Positions 19,385-29,098 of a stretch of DNA of 64,000 bases are shown piece by piece. Position 1 is the first letter of the stretch; each line of letters begins with the position of its first letter. Location of the stretch: assembly GCA_000146465.1 (NCBI GenBank), contig CP001951.1, one strand, 5' to 3'. A model generated the notes under the pieces. That model was not told the origin of the DNA, searched no databases, and saw nothing but the letters and a program-made list of their open reading frames with translations. The position numbers were made by a program, and so were the translations under genes.

Positions 19385-20296
19385 ATGAAGACGGAACAAG
19401 AAAAAGAAGAAGGACATGTATGCTTTAGCCGGGACTTGGGAAAAGTAGATGTGCGCAATGAGAAGGTTTTTGAAGGGAGTTCCCCTCTTTCATCAGGAAA
19501 AGGTAGTCTTGGAAAGAGACAGTTGAGCCTGGACGATATGTTTTCCAAAAGAAAGACAACAGCTTCGGAAATTAGTAGCGGCCGGAAAGTAGACTGGGTT
19601 TGTGAGGGATGCATCAATCCATGCGAGTATTGTAAGTTAGAGGAGAAGATCGACCCAAAATGGAGAGTATATCTGAAGTCCGAGTTTGGAAAAGACTACT
19701 TTAGAGGAATCAAGAGGTTTCTTCATAAAAACAAAAACCACCTGCCTCCTATCGACAAGATATTCACATTTTCGAAGTTTTTTCCACTGGAAAACACAAA
19801 GGTTGTTATAATGGGGCAGGATCCTTACCATAACGACCAACAAGCAATGGGGCTGTCCTTTTCTGTCCCCCTTGGGGTTTCCATTCCCCCCAGTCTCAGG
19901 AACATATATTTAGAGGCCAGCACTGACATTGAAGGATTCGAGATTCCCTCTCATGGAGATTTGACAAAATGGGCAGAGAATGGGGTTCTCCTGCTGAACG
20001 ATGTTCTTACAGTCACCAAAAACCAGGCAAATTCGCATGCAGGAATCGGGTGGCGGGAGTTTACAAGTAGGATACTCCAGATTATAAACGAGAAATGCAC
20101 CAATGTCGTGTTTATGTTATGGGGACGCCATGCACAGGCAAAGGGAAAATTCATTAATAAGAATAAGCATCTAGTGCTATGCTGTGGGCACCCAAGCCCT
20201 CTTAGCTCCAACCACTTCTTTGGCTGCAAGCATTTCTCTAAAGCCAACAAATATCTTAGGGAGCATGGAAAGTCCCCCATCAAGTGGCAGATATAG
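19385..20296 (+). CDS. UNG1: uracil-DNA glycosylase
   Basis: UDG family-1 motifs: GQDPYH (water-activating loop), LLLNDVLTV and HPSPLS, with the catalytic His. ATG is verified. Confidence 0.95.
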   Translation: MKTEQEKEEGHVCFSRDLGKVDVRNEKVFEGSSPLSSGKGSLGKRQLSLDDMFSKRKTTASEISSGRKVDWVCEGCINPCEYCKLEEKIDPKWRVYLKSEFGKDYFRGIKRFLHKNKNHLPPIDKIFTFSKFFPLENTKVVIMGQDPYHNDQQAMGLSFSVPLGVSIPPSLRNIYLEASTDIEGFEIPSHGDLTKWAENGVLLLNDVLTVTKNQANSHAGIGWREFTSRILQIINEKCTNVVFMLWGRHAQAKGKFINKNKHLVLCCGHPSPLSSNHFFGCKHFSKANKYLREHGKSPIKWQI

Positions 20297-20399
20297 AAGC
20301 AAAGACTTCTTAACCCAAATTAAAATAAGGTTCCCTATCCGTTTTCTACAGAAGAACACAAAAACAACACTGGGACTAATGGACTGGACTGATTTAATT

Positions 20400-22058
20400 T
20401 TATTCGAGATCCTTCTTCCCAGAGAAAAGATCAAGATCAATTGGAGACGAAGTCTGAATAGATTGGTTGTACTTTCTATTCAGATATAGAACCGAGTATA
20501 CCCAGACAGGAGATATTATCAGCCAAATACCAAGAGTAATCGGTGCTGCAGCTCTTACGTCATTGTATCCCATCAATGACCAAAACATAGCATAGAGAGA
20601 TCCTATTGATTTCCCAAGCTTACCACAAAGTCCATCATAAACAGCCTTCAGCTTAGGTCTGTATATAGGATCGATTTGAAGCGAAATAGCCTCTTTTGAA
20701 ATGTCGTAGAAGGCATACTTGGCAATCTTCATTCCACTTACACAGTAAATACCCATGTTGCATTCCAAGAAGAAGTTTGGTTGATATCCTTTGACTAGAG
20801 AAGAGAGGATCACTCCTTCTCTTCCACTTGGATAGTTTGGATAGTTGAAGTATGCTGATCCAAATATCACCATAGAAGATACTAGTGTAACTAGTGGTGG
20901 AACAATAGCCATTGTTATCCATCCATGTGTCTGGACAAGGGTGGATATGGGTGTCAGTAATATTATTGCAACCAAGGCTCCAACAACCCTCTGCTCTCCA
21001 GACACAATAGAGGCAGAATATGCTCTCTTTTCCATGTTCTTTGCATCTGCTGCAACACTTATACCGTTCTTCCATGAAGACTCAATGAGATTGGTTCCTG
21101 CATAATAAAAAAGGGCGTTAAGAACCATTGCAACTAGGAACTTCGATTGTGCCATAAGCTTTATACTTTCTGAAAAGCTAGTTGTAGGCTTTCGTCCTTT
21201 CTTTTTAATTCCCTCTGTTCGGATAAACAGTTGTTTCTTAAGAATTCTGTTTTCTGCATATTTCTTCATAAGATATGTAATTGCTATCAGAACTCCAAAT
21301 ATGACAAAGAATGAATTTGTTACTAAGCATGTTGTCTTGTAGTCCCACATCTTGACTCTTCTTGAGTAGAGAGCTGTCGATTCTGACGACAGAAGAAGCA
21401 GGATGTTTGAAACCACATAGAACAATGGCATCATCCTGGTCGATTGGCGGATGGTCAGAGCCTCATTTGCAAACGAGAGGAACATAAACTGCACTATCAA
21501 TGATCCAAACAGTTCTGCACATACATAGACAAAGCTTGTGGTCCATTCATTGAATATCAAAAAGATTGCAAAAAGAAACTCAAATCCTTTGTATAACATT
21601 TTGTCGTCTGCAAAGATATCTCGAGACAAATAGAATCCCGGTTGAATCTTACTGGCAAAAGGAAGAAGAACTGTTCCTATAAGAGTATACAGAAATGCAA
21701 ACGCAATCAAAGTATAATCGAATACTTTCGAAATTGTGCGCGTCACTAGAAGCTTCTGAACAACCCCAGTAGCAATAACCGACATGGGAAGAACAAAACA
21801 TGTCTTAAGAAATGAAATAGCAACAGGCAGTTGGCGTGATAGAACGAACGAATCCTTCATCACCCTTGAAAATGAATAAATATAAGCTGCAGATCCAAAG
21901 ATAAATGCTAAAGTACTCCAAAGCTTCCATTCGCATCTTGCTATTCTAATTCTACTCAGAGGCCATGTTGTTGATGACAGTGCTTGTGCCTCAACCTCGT
22001 CTTCCGTCAAGAGAGGTCTGTGTTCATCTACCGGAGCAGAAAATCCGATTTCACTCAT
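20400..22058 (-). CDS. NTT: ATP/ADP nucleotide transporter (NTT, TLC family), paralog C
   Basis: 552 aa with the core [34 protein letters not shown] and [13 protein letters not shown] is verified. Confidence 0.9.
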   Translation of the reverse strand: MSEIGFSAPVDEHRPLLTEDEVEAQALSSTTWPLSRIRIARCEWKLWSTLAFIFGSAAYIYSFSRVMKDSFVLSRQLPVAISFLKTCFVLPMSVIATGVVQKLLVTRTISKVFDYTLIAFAFLYTLIGTVLLPFASKIQPGFYLSRDIFADDKMLYKGFEFLFAIFLIFNEWTTSFVYVCAELFGSLIVQFMFLSFANEALTIRQSTRMMPLFYVVSNILLLLSSESTALYSRRVKMWDYKTTCLVTNSFFVIFGVLIAITYLMKKYAENRILKKQLFIRTEGIKKKGRKPTTSFSESIKLMAQSKFLVAMVLNALFYYAGTNLIESSWKNGISVAADAKNMEKRAYSASIVSGEQRVVGALVAIILLTPISTLVQTHGWITMAIVPPLVTLVSSMVIFGSAYFNYPNYPSGREGVILSSLVKGYQPNFFLECNMGIYCVSGMKIAKYAFYDISKEAISLQIDPIYRPKLKAVYDGLCGKLGKSIGSLYAMFWSLMGYNDVRAAAPITLGIWLIISPVWVYSVLYLNRKYNQSIQTSSPIDLDLFSGKKDLE

Positions 22059-22326
22059 TCCTTTGGGGCTTATTTTTTCTTTTTTTATATAGGAGATGTA
22101 AAAATTTGCTTGATCTCAGACTTTTCAAGACCAGGGGGAACCAAAAAAATCCGTTGAGCCTTGCATATTCTTCTCCTTCCCCATATTCCGTGCCATTCTA
22201 ATTCCTATTTCCATCTCCCAGATGTTTAAATTCAATCCTCTTTACCCTACCATCTCATATGCTATACCGGGCTTATATGTACTTCCCAATCAAATAGGAG
22301 GAACTTGAATATTACAAGAAATGATT

Positions 22327-23031
22327 TTATTTCTCTGCTATGTCCTGGAGGATCTTATCAATATCTTTTCCAGATAGATGGCATAGATCCTGCCCTGCCC
22401 TTAGATAAGCCACTTCAATTTCCGAGTATCCAGAGTCGGTTCCAATCGACTCCAGCAGAGCTCCAATTGCTAGCTCGAAAAGTTCTTTGTCCTCCATATC
22501 TCCATGATGGTTTTTCTCAATGAACTTGGTCATCTTTCCGTGTTTCTCTCCAGCTGCAGTGGCATAGCAGGGATACGAAATCCCAGACATGTCTGTCTGG
22601 TATATCATAGGCTTTTTCCCGTCAAATCCAAATATAGATGCATTGAATGCTGGAGATCTTTCTTCCGAGCTCTGGATCAACTGCTGAATCTTATCAGCAA
22701 AGCACCTGCATAGGATATCCGGTGTCACTTCCATTCCAAACGAAAACGTCTTTTGGTTTGCAACCATCTTAATCCTTTTTATAACATAATCGACGTCTCC
22801 AGAAAGCCCGGTAATCCCCACATAACATTTCCCGGAGACTCTGAAGAAGCTTGAAGACTCAGACTCCTCGAGCTTGTCTCGTGGGATCTTTTTCGAAGCA
22901 CAAACTATCATGCTCTTGGATTTAGCTGTGACAATAGGTAAGGAGTTATTCACAGCCTCAAGACCATATTCGATTTGCAATAACTTCCCATCACTATTAA
23001 AGATGTTTGAGATCTCTTCCTGTGTTGTCAT
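22327..23031 (-). CDS. 20S proteasome alpha-type subunit
   Basis: N-terminal alpha-subunit signature NIFNSDGKLLQIEYGLEAV, corresponding to the consensus FSPDGRLFQVEYAxEAV. 234 aa. ATG is verified. I could not assign the specific subunit. Confidence 0.85.
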   Translation of the reverse strand: MTTQEEISNIFNSDGKLLQIEYGLEAVNNSLPIVTAKSKSMIVCASKKIPRDKLEESESSSFFRVSGKCYVGITGLSGDVDYVIKRIKMVANQKTFSFGMEVTPDILCRCFADKIQQLIQSSEERSPAFNASIFGFDGKKPMIYQTDMSGISYPCYATAAGEKHGKMTKFIEKNHHGDMEDKELFELAIGALLESIGTDSGYSEIEVAYLRAGQDLCHLSGKDIDKILQDIAEK

Positions 23032-23074
23032 TTAGGGATGTCATATATTTTTAATAATTCTAAACAACCTTTCT

Positions 23075-23785
23075 ATGGGAAAAATAAACCTTGAAGGAAA
23101 AACTGTCTGTGTCACTGGAGGAAGTAGAGGACTTGGATTGGAAATCACAAAGGAGCTTGCAAAGAAGGGATGCTATGTCCATGTATTTGGGAGGTCTCCT
23201 CAGCCTTTTTCCCACAAAAACGTAAAGTATTATCAGATGGACCTACTGAAGGAAAGACCCGCCATTGCAATTCCGTTTGATATCGTAATATCAAACCTTG
23301 GGACAAGTGTGGGCAATAAAGGGTTTGATGAAATGGAATACAAAGAAGTCACAGATATGCTAAAGTTGAATGTGGAGCTACATCTATGGCTTCTGAAAAA
23401 CATTAGCTACAAGAAGTTTGTTTTTGTTAATTCTATATTGTCACAACAAGGACTTCCGGGATATTCCATGTATTGTGCTTCTAAGTCGTTCATTCACACA
23501 CTGAATCAGTCGTTGAGGAGAGAAGGAAAAGACACTATAATCATCTACCCTTACAAGATAAATACCTCGTTGTTCAGCGAGATCAAAGACATATGGACGC
23601 TTGATGCAAATTATGTAGCTCAAAGACTTCTGAGAGACATAGAGAATGGTACAAGAGAAGATTTCATCCTCTGGATATTCAAGCCCATCACTTTACTATC
23701 AAAAATGATCCCTATGTTTCTTCAAGACATCCTTTCCAGGTTTCTGGAAAGGGTTTTCTACATAACCAAAAGAAAGAGCGAATAA
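23075..23785 (+). CDS. short-chain dehydrogenase/reductase (SDR), possibly 3-ketosphinganine reductase-like
   Basis: Rossmann motif TGGSRGLG and the catalytic YxxxK (YCASK), with Ser upstream. 236 aa. Confidence 0.8.
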   Translation: MGKINLEGKTVCVTGGSRGLGLEITKELAKKGCYVHVFGRSPQPFSHKNVKYYQMDLLKERPAIAIPFDIVISNLGTSVGNKGFDEMEYKEVTDMLKLNVELHLWLLKNISYKKFVFVNSILSQQGLPGYSMYCASKSFIHTLNQSLRREGKDTIIIYPYKINTSLFSEIKDIWTLDANYVAQRLLRDIENGTREDFILWIFKPITLLSKMIPMFLQDILSRFLERVFYITKRKSE

Positions 23786-23839
23786 ACCTTATCTTTCGCA
23801 TTTCCATCGGATGTTACAGAAAGTCAATCAAGAACCCCA

Positions 23840-24850
23840 TCAAATGTAGCCATATCTCCATATCTTTCTATAGACCTCTGAAGAATATATGGTTCCATAT
23901 CCTCTGAACGTCTGGCCATATCCGTTTTTTTGATCAGGGAGATAATCAGTTGTATAGAGGATTCTGAGATTTGCAGGCCTTGAGAAACATTCTTTCCTTG
24001 CGATGTTGAACAGAAATGGAGGTTTGGACTTTTTCTGAAAAACTTCTTGCCATTCTATCCCCTCGAAGAAAGGATGTTTTCTGATAGCCATACAATCTCT
24101 CTCCCTATATCCAAGTCTGTCCTTGGGAGAAACAACAAGAAGCTTCGATACTAAGTCCCGGGCATTCTTATCAAAAAATTCCGGAAACTTAATTCTATTC
24201 TTCCTGATTCTTTCAACTGTCGAGGCCATATCAGGTGCTGCAAATGGCGTAGTTCCAGAAAGCATGTGGTATAGTACCATTCCCATCGACCAGTAGTCGG
24301 ACACAGGGCCGATTTCCCCACTCTCTACATAATCTAGGGATGCGTACTCTACGTTCTGCTCAAGATCCCCTATTCCACAATCTATTCTGTTCAAAAAATC
24401 GTATTTCAGCTTCACATGCCCGTCGTCACCTATCATCATACTCCTTGGAGACAGAAACCCATATGAAAGCCCTTTAGAATGTAAGTACTGAACCGCTAGA
24501 AGAATCTCTGCCATATAAAACCTGGATACTTTTGGTGAAAGTCTTTCCTCGGAACTGATCAAATTGACAAGATAGTTCTGTGACTGTTCTGAAAGTAGAA
24601 ACAAATGTTCGTAATCTTGAAATCCACATATTGTGTTGATGAGAAATGGATGCCGTATCCTCGATCGAACGTAATATTCATCTTGTACCATCTCTTGCTC
24701 TCCATATCCTATTATTTTTTTCTTCTTCATAACCCGAAGGCCATAAAGCCCTCCAACCACTTCTCCAACGTCTATAAACACAAGAAACTCTTCCCAAAAC
24801 GGCCCAAGCCCCGTTTTCTCAATACACATTATGTCTTTCTTTCCTATCAT
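23840..24850 (-). CDS. AGC-family protein kinase-like protein, predicted catalytically inactive (pseudokinase)
   Basis: Kinase fold with an AGC tail HPFFEGIEW and subdomain IX DYWSMGMVLYHMLSGTTPF. However, the Gly-loop reads TGLGPFW, the VAIK lysine is R (LRVMKK), HRDLKPEN reads YGFLSPRS, and DFG reads YDF. Confidence 0.7.
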   Translation of the reverse strand: MIGKKDIMCIEKTGLGPFWEEFLVFIDVGEVVGGLYGLRVMKKKKIIGYGEQEMVQDEYYVRSRIRHPFLINTICGFQDYEHLFLLSEQSQNYLVNLISSEERLSPKVSRFYMAEILLAVQYLHSKGLSYGFLSPRSMMIGDDGHVKLKYDFLNRIDCGIGDLEQNVEYASLDYVESGEIGPVSDYWSMGMVLYHMLSGTTPFAAPDMASTVERIRKNRIKFPEFFDKNARDLVSKLLVVSPKDRLGYRERDCMAIRKHPFFEGIEWQEVFQKKSKPPFLFNIARKECFSRPANLRILYTTDYLPDQKNGYGQTFRGYGTIYSSEVYRKIWRYGYI

Positions 24851-24942
24851 TTCGATGGGTATTTCCCTATTGATTTTGAAGGATCTGGCTCCGGGGAAAG
24901 AAACTAAATTTATAAAAATAGTTTATTCCTATTTTGAGTCCG

Positions 24943-25872
24943 TTAGATAAGTAGTTTGATAACCAAATCGAATAGGTTACCCAAAACAGAACTTTGCTCT
25001 TCCACACCTCTCTTTTGGAGATCTGCATCCATGGTCTTTTTTGCTTTTTCAAAGTCCTTCATTCTTTTCTCATTGATTTCCTTGATTCTGCTTCTGTATC
25101 TTTTTTCCACATCCCAGGAAAACAGATTTCTCTGTACAAATATGCCTTTCTGGACCCTTTCAAAAGCACTGTAGAAGTTCTTTCCTAGGTATGATTTTAG
25201 TGTGCCCCGAAAATCACTTATCCCAGTGAAGTGAAGATTGTGAAGAAAGTTCAGAAGATCCAGAAGCCCGTATTCAGGGCCTCCTCGCCATTTTTCAAGT
25301 CTTAGAAGGTTTTCATCAAAGTCCTTGTGATATTCGTTTTCTTTTGTTGAAATAACCACAACCTTTTCCAGTGGTCTATTTAGATGCTCGCTGCCAAACA
25401 TCTTTTTGTCTTTACAATACACCTTATAAGAAATGCAGCCGTAGGGATCAATTCTATTCAACAGAAACCTGCTAAATCCCACAGACGACTCCGAAACATG
25501 GACCAGCTCATATATATGAGCACTATGGAAAAGAAAAAGATCTGTAAATGCCCTCTTGGTGACTAGGAAGTCAAGGTTGAAAAACGAGAACCTCTTCTTT
25601 ATAAGAAAATCCTTACAATCAAATATAACTGTAGGTTTAGGTCGTTCTTGGGGAGGTAAGACAGGAGTTTTTGGCTCTGGATCTTGGAGAAACCTGCATG
25701 CCTTCTCTTTTGCCCGTTTAATGTATCCCATAATGCTTTTGTCTTTGGCCCCATTTGGTCTTCCAAGGATAGCAATCCCAACTCCTAGAGACAACATTGA
25801 TGATGTTATAAAGGGAAACCTTTTCTCCTCCATTCTGCTCCGGAACGCCCCTAGAAGCTTTTCCAGATCCAT
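24943..25872 (-). CDS. TIM50: TIM50-like mitosomal import protein (NIF/FCP1-homology domain lacking the catalytic DxDx motif)
   Basis: The segment TVIFDCKDFLI...YELVHVSESSVGFSRFLLNRIDPYGCISYKVYCKDKKMF...EKVVVISTKENEY...LEKWRGGPEYGLLDLLNFLHNL is collinear with yeast Tim50 (TLVITLEDFLV...YEIVLFSSN...KLDP...SYNLF...KVIIIDTDPNSY...EPWNGEADDKL..IPFLEYL). The track start at 25875 is a TTG, and the first ATG is at 25872. Confidence 0.55.
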   Translation of the reverse strand: MDLEKLLGAFRSRMEEKRFPFITSSMLSLGVGIAILGRPNGAKDKSIMGYIKRAKEKACRFLQDPEPKTPVLPPQERPKPTVIFDCKDFLIKKRFSFFNLDFLVTKRAFTDLFLFHSAHIYELVHVSESSVGFSRFLLNRIDPYGCISYKVYCKDKKMFGSEHLNRPLEKVVVISTKENEYHKDFDENLLRLEKWRGGPEYGLLDLLNFLHNLHFTGISDFRGTLKSYLGKNFYSAFERVQKGIFVQRNLFSWDVEKRYRSRIKEINEKRMKDFEKAKKTMDADLQKRGVEEQSSVLGNLFDLVIKLLI

Positions 25873-25900
25873 CAAGGGTTATATCCACACAGTCTGTAAT

Positions 25901-27232
25901 CTATCTTCTCAAGAACATTCCCACTCTATTCACAAGATGCATTATAGATGTTTTAAAGCTCCCTACTGCGTCCTTAACCTCCCTTTCAAAGAGTTCTAAC
26001 GCCCTTTGCTCGGTTACCTCCATCTTCAATCTTCCTCTTGCAAATGTAATAATCTCTTCTAAGTCAAACCGGAAGATTTTGTTCTGGAGCAATACACACC
26101 ATAGAACAAAGATCTTTTGGCAGGACCTCCTTATCTGGAGAAACACCTCCCCTGACTTTATAATAAAATCCTGGTAGATAAGTTCGTCGTTTACTAGATA
26201 GTCGCATATGGGCCTGGCAATTGTTATCCTTGGAGAGATGAGCTTTGGATCATTCCCAAACACATAGCTAAAATCCACATGAAAAAATCTTCCATCCCTC
26301 GATACCATCATATTCCCTGGATTTCTATCTCCAACCCCCATCATATAGCAAGCAACCGAGTATCCACAGAGAGTATCTACAAATGTTCTTTTCTTCTGAG
26401 CATTCTGCATCCATCTTGGGTCATTTTCTCCTTCAATATACCTTTCTAAGTCTTCTCTCCCCTTTATTTGAGTAAAGTCTACCCCGTCCACAACTTCCAC
26501 AATCCCTTCTTCTCTGCTCAATGGAATCACCTTGTATGCTACCAGATCCATCTCCACCAACTCCGATATGTATCTTATAGTCTCAAGAACAAACAGATCC
26601 TTTGTCAGGTCGTCTCCCTTCTTGTATATGATCCTGGAGATGCCTTTATCTGTATTCAAAGGAACAAGAATTGGAAATGTAGATGAGGGAAATATCTTGA
26701 TCTCTCGAAGAATCATTTCCTTTACTACTGTATCTGGATTGAACAGAGAGGTACAGTGCCTAATACTTCCCATCCTTGGATGGAGGCATAACGCTCCATG
26801 TAATTTGTACTCTCTTATCTTTGTCTTCCTAGGCGATCCTTGGCAAGTTATGCTGTAGATTCCTCTAACTTCGTTGATCAAGGCCATTTGCCCTTCCAGT
26901 TTCTCCAATATTCCATACTTGGAGTCCAGTGCTAGAAAGCTATTTACAGCATCTCTATATTTCGACTCGTTGCACTCCTCATGAAGCTCAAACCTAATCT
27001 TCCAGAACCTGTTTATTTGGTGCTCAGCAGATAGGTTGTCTCCCGGGTCCTTCCCTCCCAACGAGGGGAAGTATATATACAGACTGCCCACTTTTTGAAC
27101 GCATAAATACTCTGCAATCATCTTCTCGGCATCCTCACTTCTGCTTAAAAGCCTGGAAACACTTCTAGCAAGCTCAGAAATGTCTTCTTTCTCTATCTTG
27201 CATTCAAAAGCACTTCCGCTTAGTTGATCCAT
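25901..27232 (-). CDS. VPS34: phosphatidylinositol 3-kinase catalytic-domain protein (VPS34-like, N-terminally reduced)
   Basis: PI3K/PI4K catalytic motifs GDDLTKD (ATP-binding), GVGDRNPGNMMV (catalytic loop, DRH to DRN) and HVDFSYVFG (activation loop, DFG to DFS). Only 443 aa, so the C2 domain and most of the helical domain are absent. Confidence 0.75.
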   Translation of the reverse strand: MDQLSGSAFECKIEKEDISELARSVSRLLSRSEDAEKMIAEYLCVQKVGSLYIYFPSLGGKDPGDNLSAEHQINRFWKIRFELHEECNESKYRDAVNSFLALDSKYGILEKLEGQMALINEVRGIYSITCQGSPRKTKIREYKLHGALCLHPRMGSIRHCTSLFNPDTVVKEMILREIKIFPSSTFPILVPLNTDKGISRIIYKKGDDLTKDLFVLETIRYISELVEMDLVAYKVIPLSREEGIVEVVDGVDFTQIKGREDLERYIEGENDPRWMQNAQKKRTFVDTLCGYSVACYMMGVGDRNPGNMMVSRDGRFFHVDFSYVFGNDPKLISPRITIARPICDYLVNDELIYQDFIIKSGEVFLQIRRSCQKIFVLWCVLLQNKIFRFDLEEIITFARGRLKMEVTEQRALELFEREVKDAVGSFKTSIMHLVNRVGMFLRR

Positions 27233-27329
27233 GATCTATTTCTCAAGTGTTTTGGTACCATTAGTATATATCAGCATCTGAAACAATGGTCGTTGGCATA
27301 AGTATTTCAATTACAGAGACAAGTCCCCC

Positions 27330-29048
27330 ATGAAACTTGAGCCAGGAACGGTTGAAGCCCTCTATAACAGCCAGACTACCAATCCTTTGTATAAGAACCC
27401 CATTCTCCAGATTACATCGCTAGGAAAGCTCTCGGTTGCCATTGGGGACAAGCAGAGATACCGAGTCAATCTCTCCGACGGTGTACACTACATGAAAGGA
27501 ATCTTCTCCAGTGAGCTTACAGCCCATTTTGAGAAAGGGCTTGTGAGTAGATATAGTCTCATCAGGCCTGGAAGGTTCAGTGTAAGGTCTAAGGACGGAA
27601 GTGTGTATATATATATCCAGGAGATCCAGGAGTACGAGGACTGCAATGTCGAGATCGGAAAGCCTGTGAACATAAGCACAGGAAATGCGTCTTTCAACGA
27701 CAACCAGCTGAGCCCAGGAATCCAAAAACGTGTAGATGGAGGGAACCAGCATGGTAAAGCATTGGACGAGGAAGACAAAAAAAGAGTGAAAAAAGACATT
27801 AAGGACGAAGGAGAGTTTACAGCCATAAACATGTTGAATCCATTTCACAACAAATGGATGATCAAGGGGAGAGTGGTGTTGAAAGGAGATATAAGAAGAT
27901 TCAGTAATCAGAAGGGAGAGGGAAAGGTCTTTAACTTTGAGATTTCCGACGGAACTGCGCAAGTGAAGATAATATGCTTTTCCGACTGCGTAGATATATT
28001 CTTTCCGATAGTTGAAGTTGGGAAAGTTTATTCTGTTTCAAAAGGTACTGTTAAGATGGCCAACAAGCAGTACTCTACAAATCCATTTGACTACGAGATC
28101 ATTCTGGATAAGAATTCTGAAGTTCGGTGTACTGTCGACGATGGATCACCTCGATACTTCTTCAACTTCATCAAGCTTTCAGATCTATCGCTTGGAAATG
28201 CATACTGCGATGTGATTGGAGTTGTCAGAGAAGTATATGCACCTTCAACCGTAATGGTTAGAAGCACCCAGAACGAGCTCCTCAAAAGAGATATAATCCT
28301 TGTCGATGAAAGTGGAAGCGTAAGACTAACTCTGTGGGGGCCAAAGGCAGAGCTGGATATTGAAGGGGGAGTAGTTCTTGGGCTGAAATCTGTAAAGGTT
28401 AGTGAGTTTAACGGAATTTCAATATCAACTACAGGAGGCTCCCAGGTTGTGATCAACCCAGATATTCCGGAAGCACATGAGCTTGCAGGTTGGTACCAGT
28501 CGACCGGTAAGGACATGCAAGTTGCTCTCCCTCGAAAAGAGGAAAAAAGAAGACTAATACAGGAAGTCAAGGAGAATGAGCTGGCATATTCAACCATTCA
28601 AGGAACGGTGATGTTTTTGAAAGAAGATGCGCTTTGGTATACATCATGCAAGGGGGAGGGATGCAACAAAAAGGTTGTGATGGAGGACAGTGGAAACTAC
28701 AGATGCGAAAGATGCAATATGACATATGAAGACTGTAACTACAGATACATGGTCACTATGCATCTCGGAGACTTTACTGGACAAGTATGGCTGAGTCTCT
28801 TTGACGAAGCTGCAGCCAGCTTTTTTGGAATACCTGCTCAGGAGATGAAGAGGATGAGCGAGGAGTCCCCAGCAGAGCTTCAAGCATTGATCAAAGGAAT
28901 GTATTTCAAGGAATACCTCTTTAGAATCAAGTCAAAGCAGGACAGCTACAATGATGAGATTAGGATGAGATACAGTGGGCTGAGTTCAAGCCCCCTGGAC
29001 ATCCGAAAAGAATCTAAACGACTTCTTGATGCGATTGAAAAGGCTTAG
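27330..29048 (+). CDS. RFA1: replication protein A large subunit (RPA1/RFA1)
   Basis: 572 aa with OB-fold DNA-binding domains and the RPA70 C4 zinc ribbon CKGEGCNKKV...YRCERCN followed by YRYMVTMHLGDFTGQVWLSLFDEAA. ATG is preceded by tccccc. Confidence 0.9.
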   Translation: MKLEPGTVEALYNSQTTNPLYKNPILQITSLGKLSVAIGDKQRYRVNLSDGVHYMKGIFSSELTAHFEKGLVSRYSLIRPGRFSVRSKDGSVYIYIQEIQEYEDCNVEIGKPVNISTGNASFNDNQLSPGIQKRVDGGNQHGKALDEEDKKRVKKDIKDEGEFTAINMLNPFHNKWMIKGRVVLKGDIRRFSNQKGEGKVFNFEISDGTAQVKIICFSDCVDIFFPIVEVGKVYSVSKGTVKMANKQYSTNPFDYEIILDKNSEVRCTVDDGSPRYFFNFIKLSDLSLGNAYCDVIGVVREVYAPSTVMVRSTQNELLKRDIILVDESGSVRLTLWGPKAELDIEGGVVLGLKSVKVSEFNGISISTTGGSQVVINPDIPEAHELAGWYQSTGKDMQVALPRKEEKRRLIQEVKENELAYSTIQGTVMFLKEDALWYTSCKGEGCNKKVVMEDSGNYRCERCNMTYEDCNYRYMVTMHLGDFTGQVWLSLFDEAAASFFGIPAQEMKRMSEESPAELQALIKGMYFKEYLFRIKSKQDSYNDEIRMRYSGLSSSPLDIRKESKRLLDAIEKA

Positions 29049-29098
29049 GAGAATAAATCTTGTGGGCTAAGGATATTTTGGTTTGTCTATGTCTTCCC

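Noticed and set aside
22059-22326. 268-bp spacer upstream of NTT paralog C, scanned for tRNA or snoRNA features
   Set aside because: No cloverleaf-compatible acceptor and T-arm pairing and no C/D box pairs were found. It is kept only as a long regulatory spacer.
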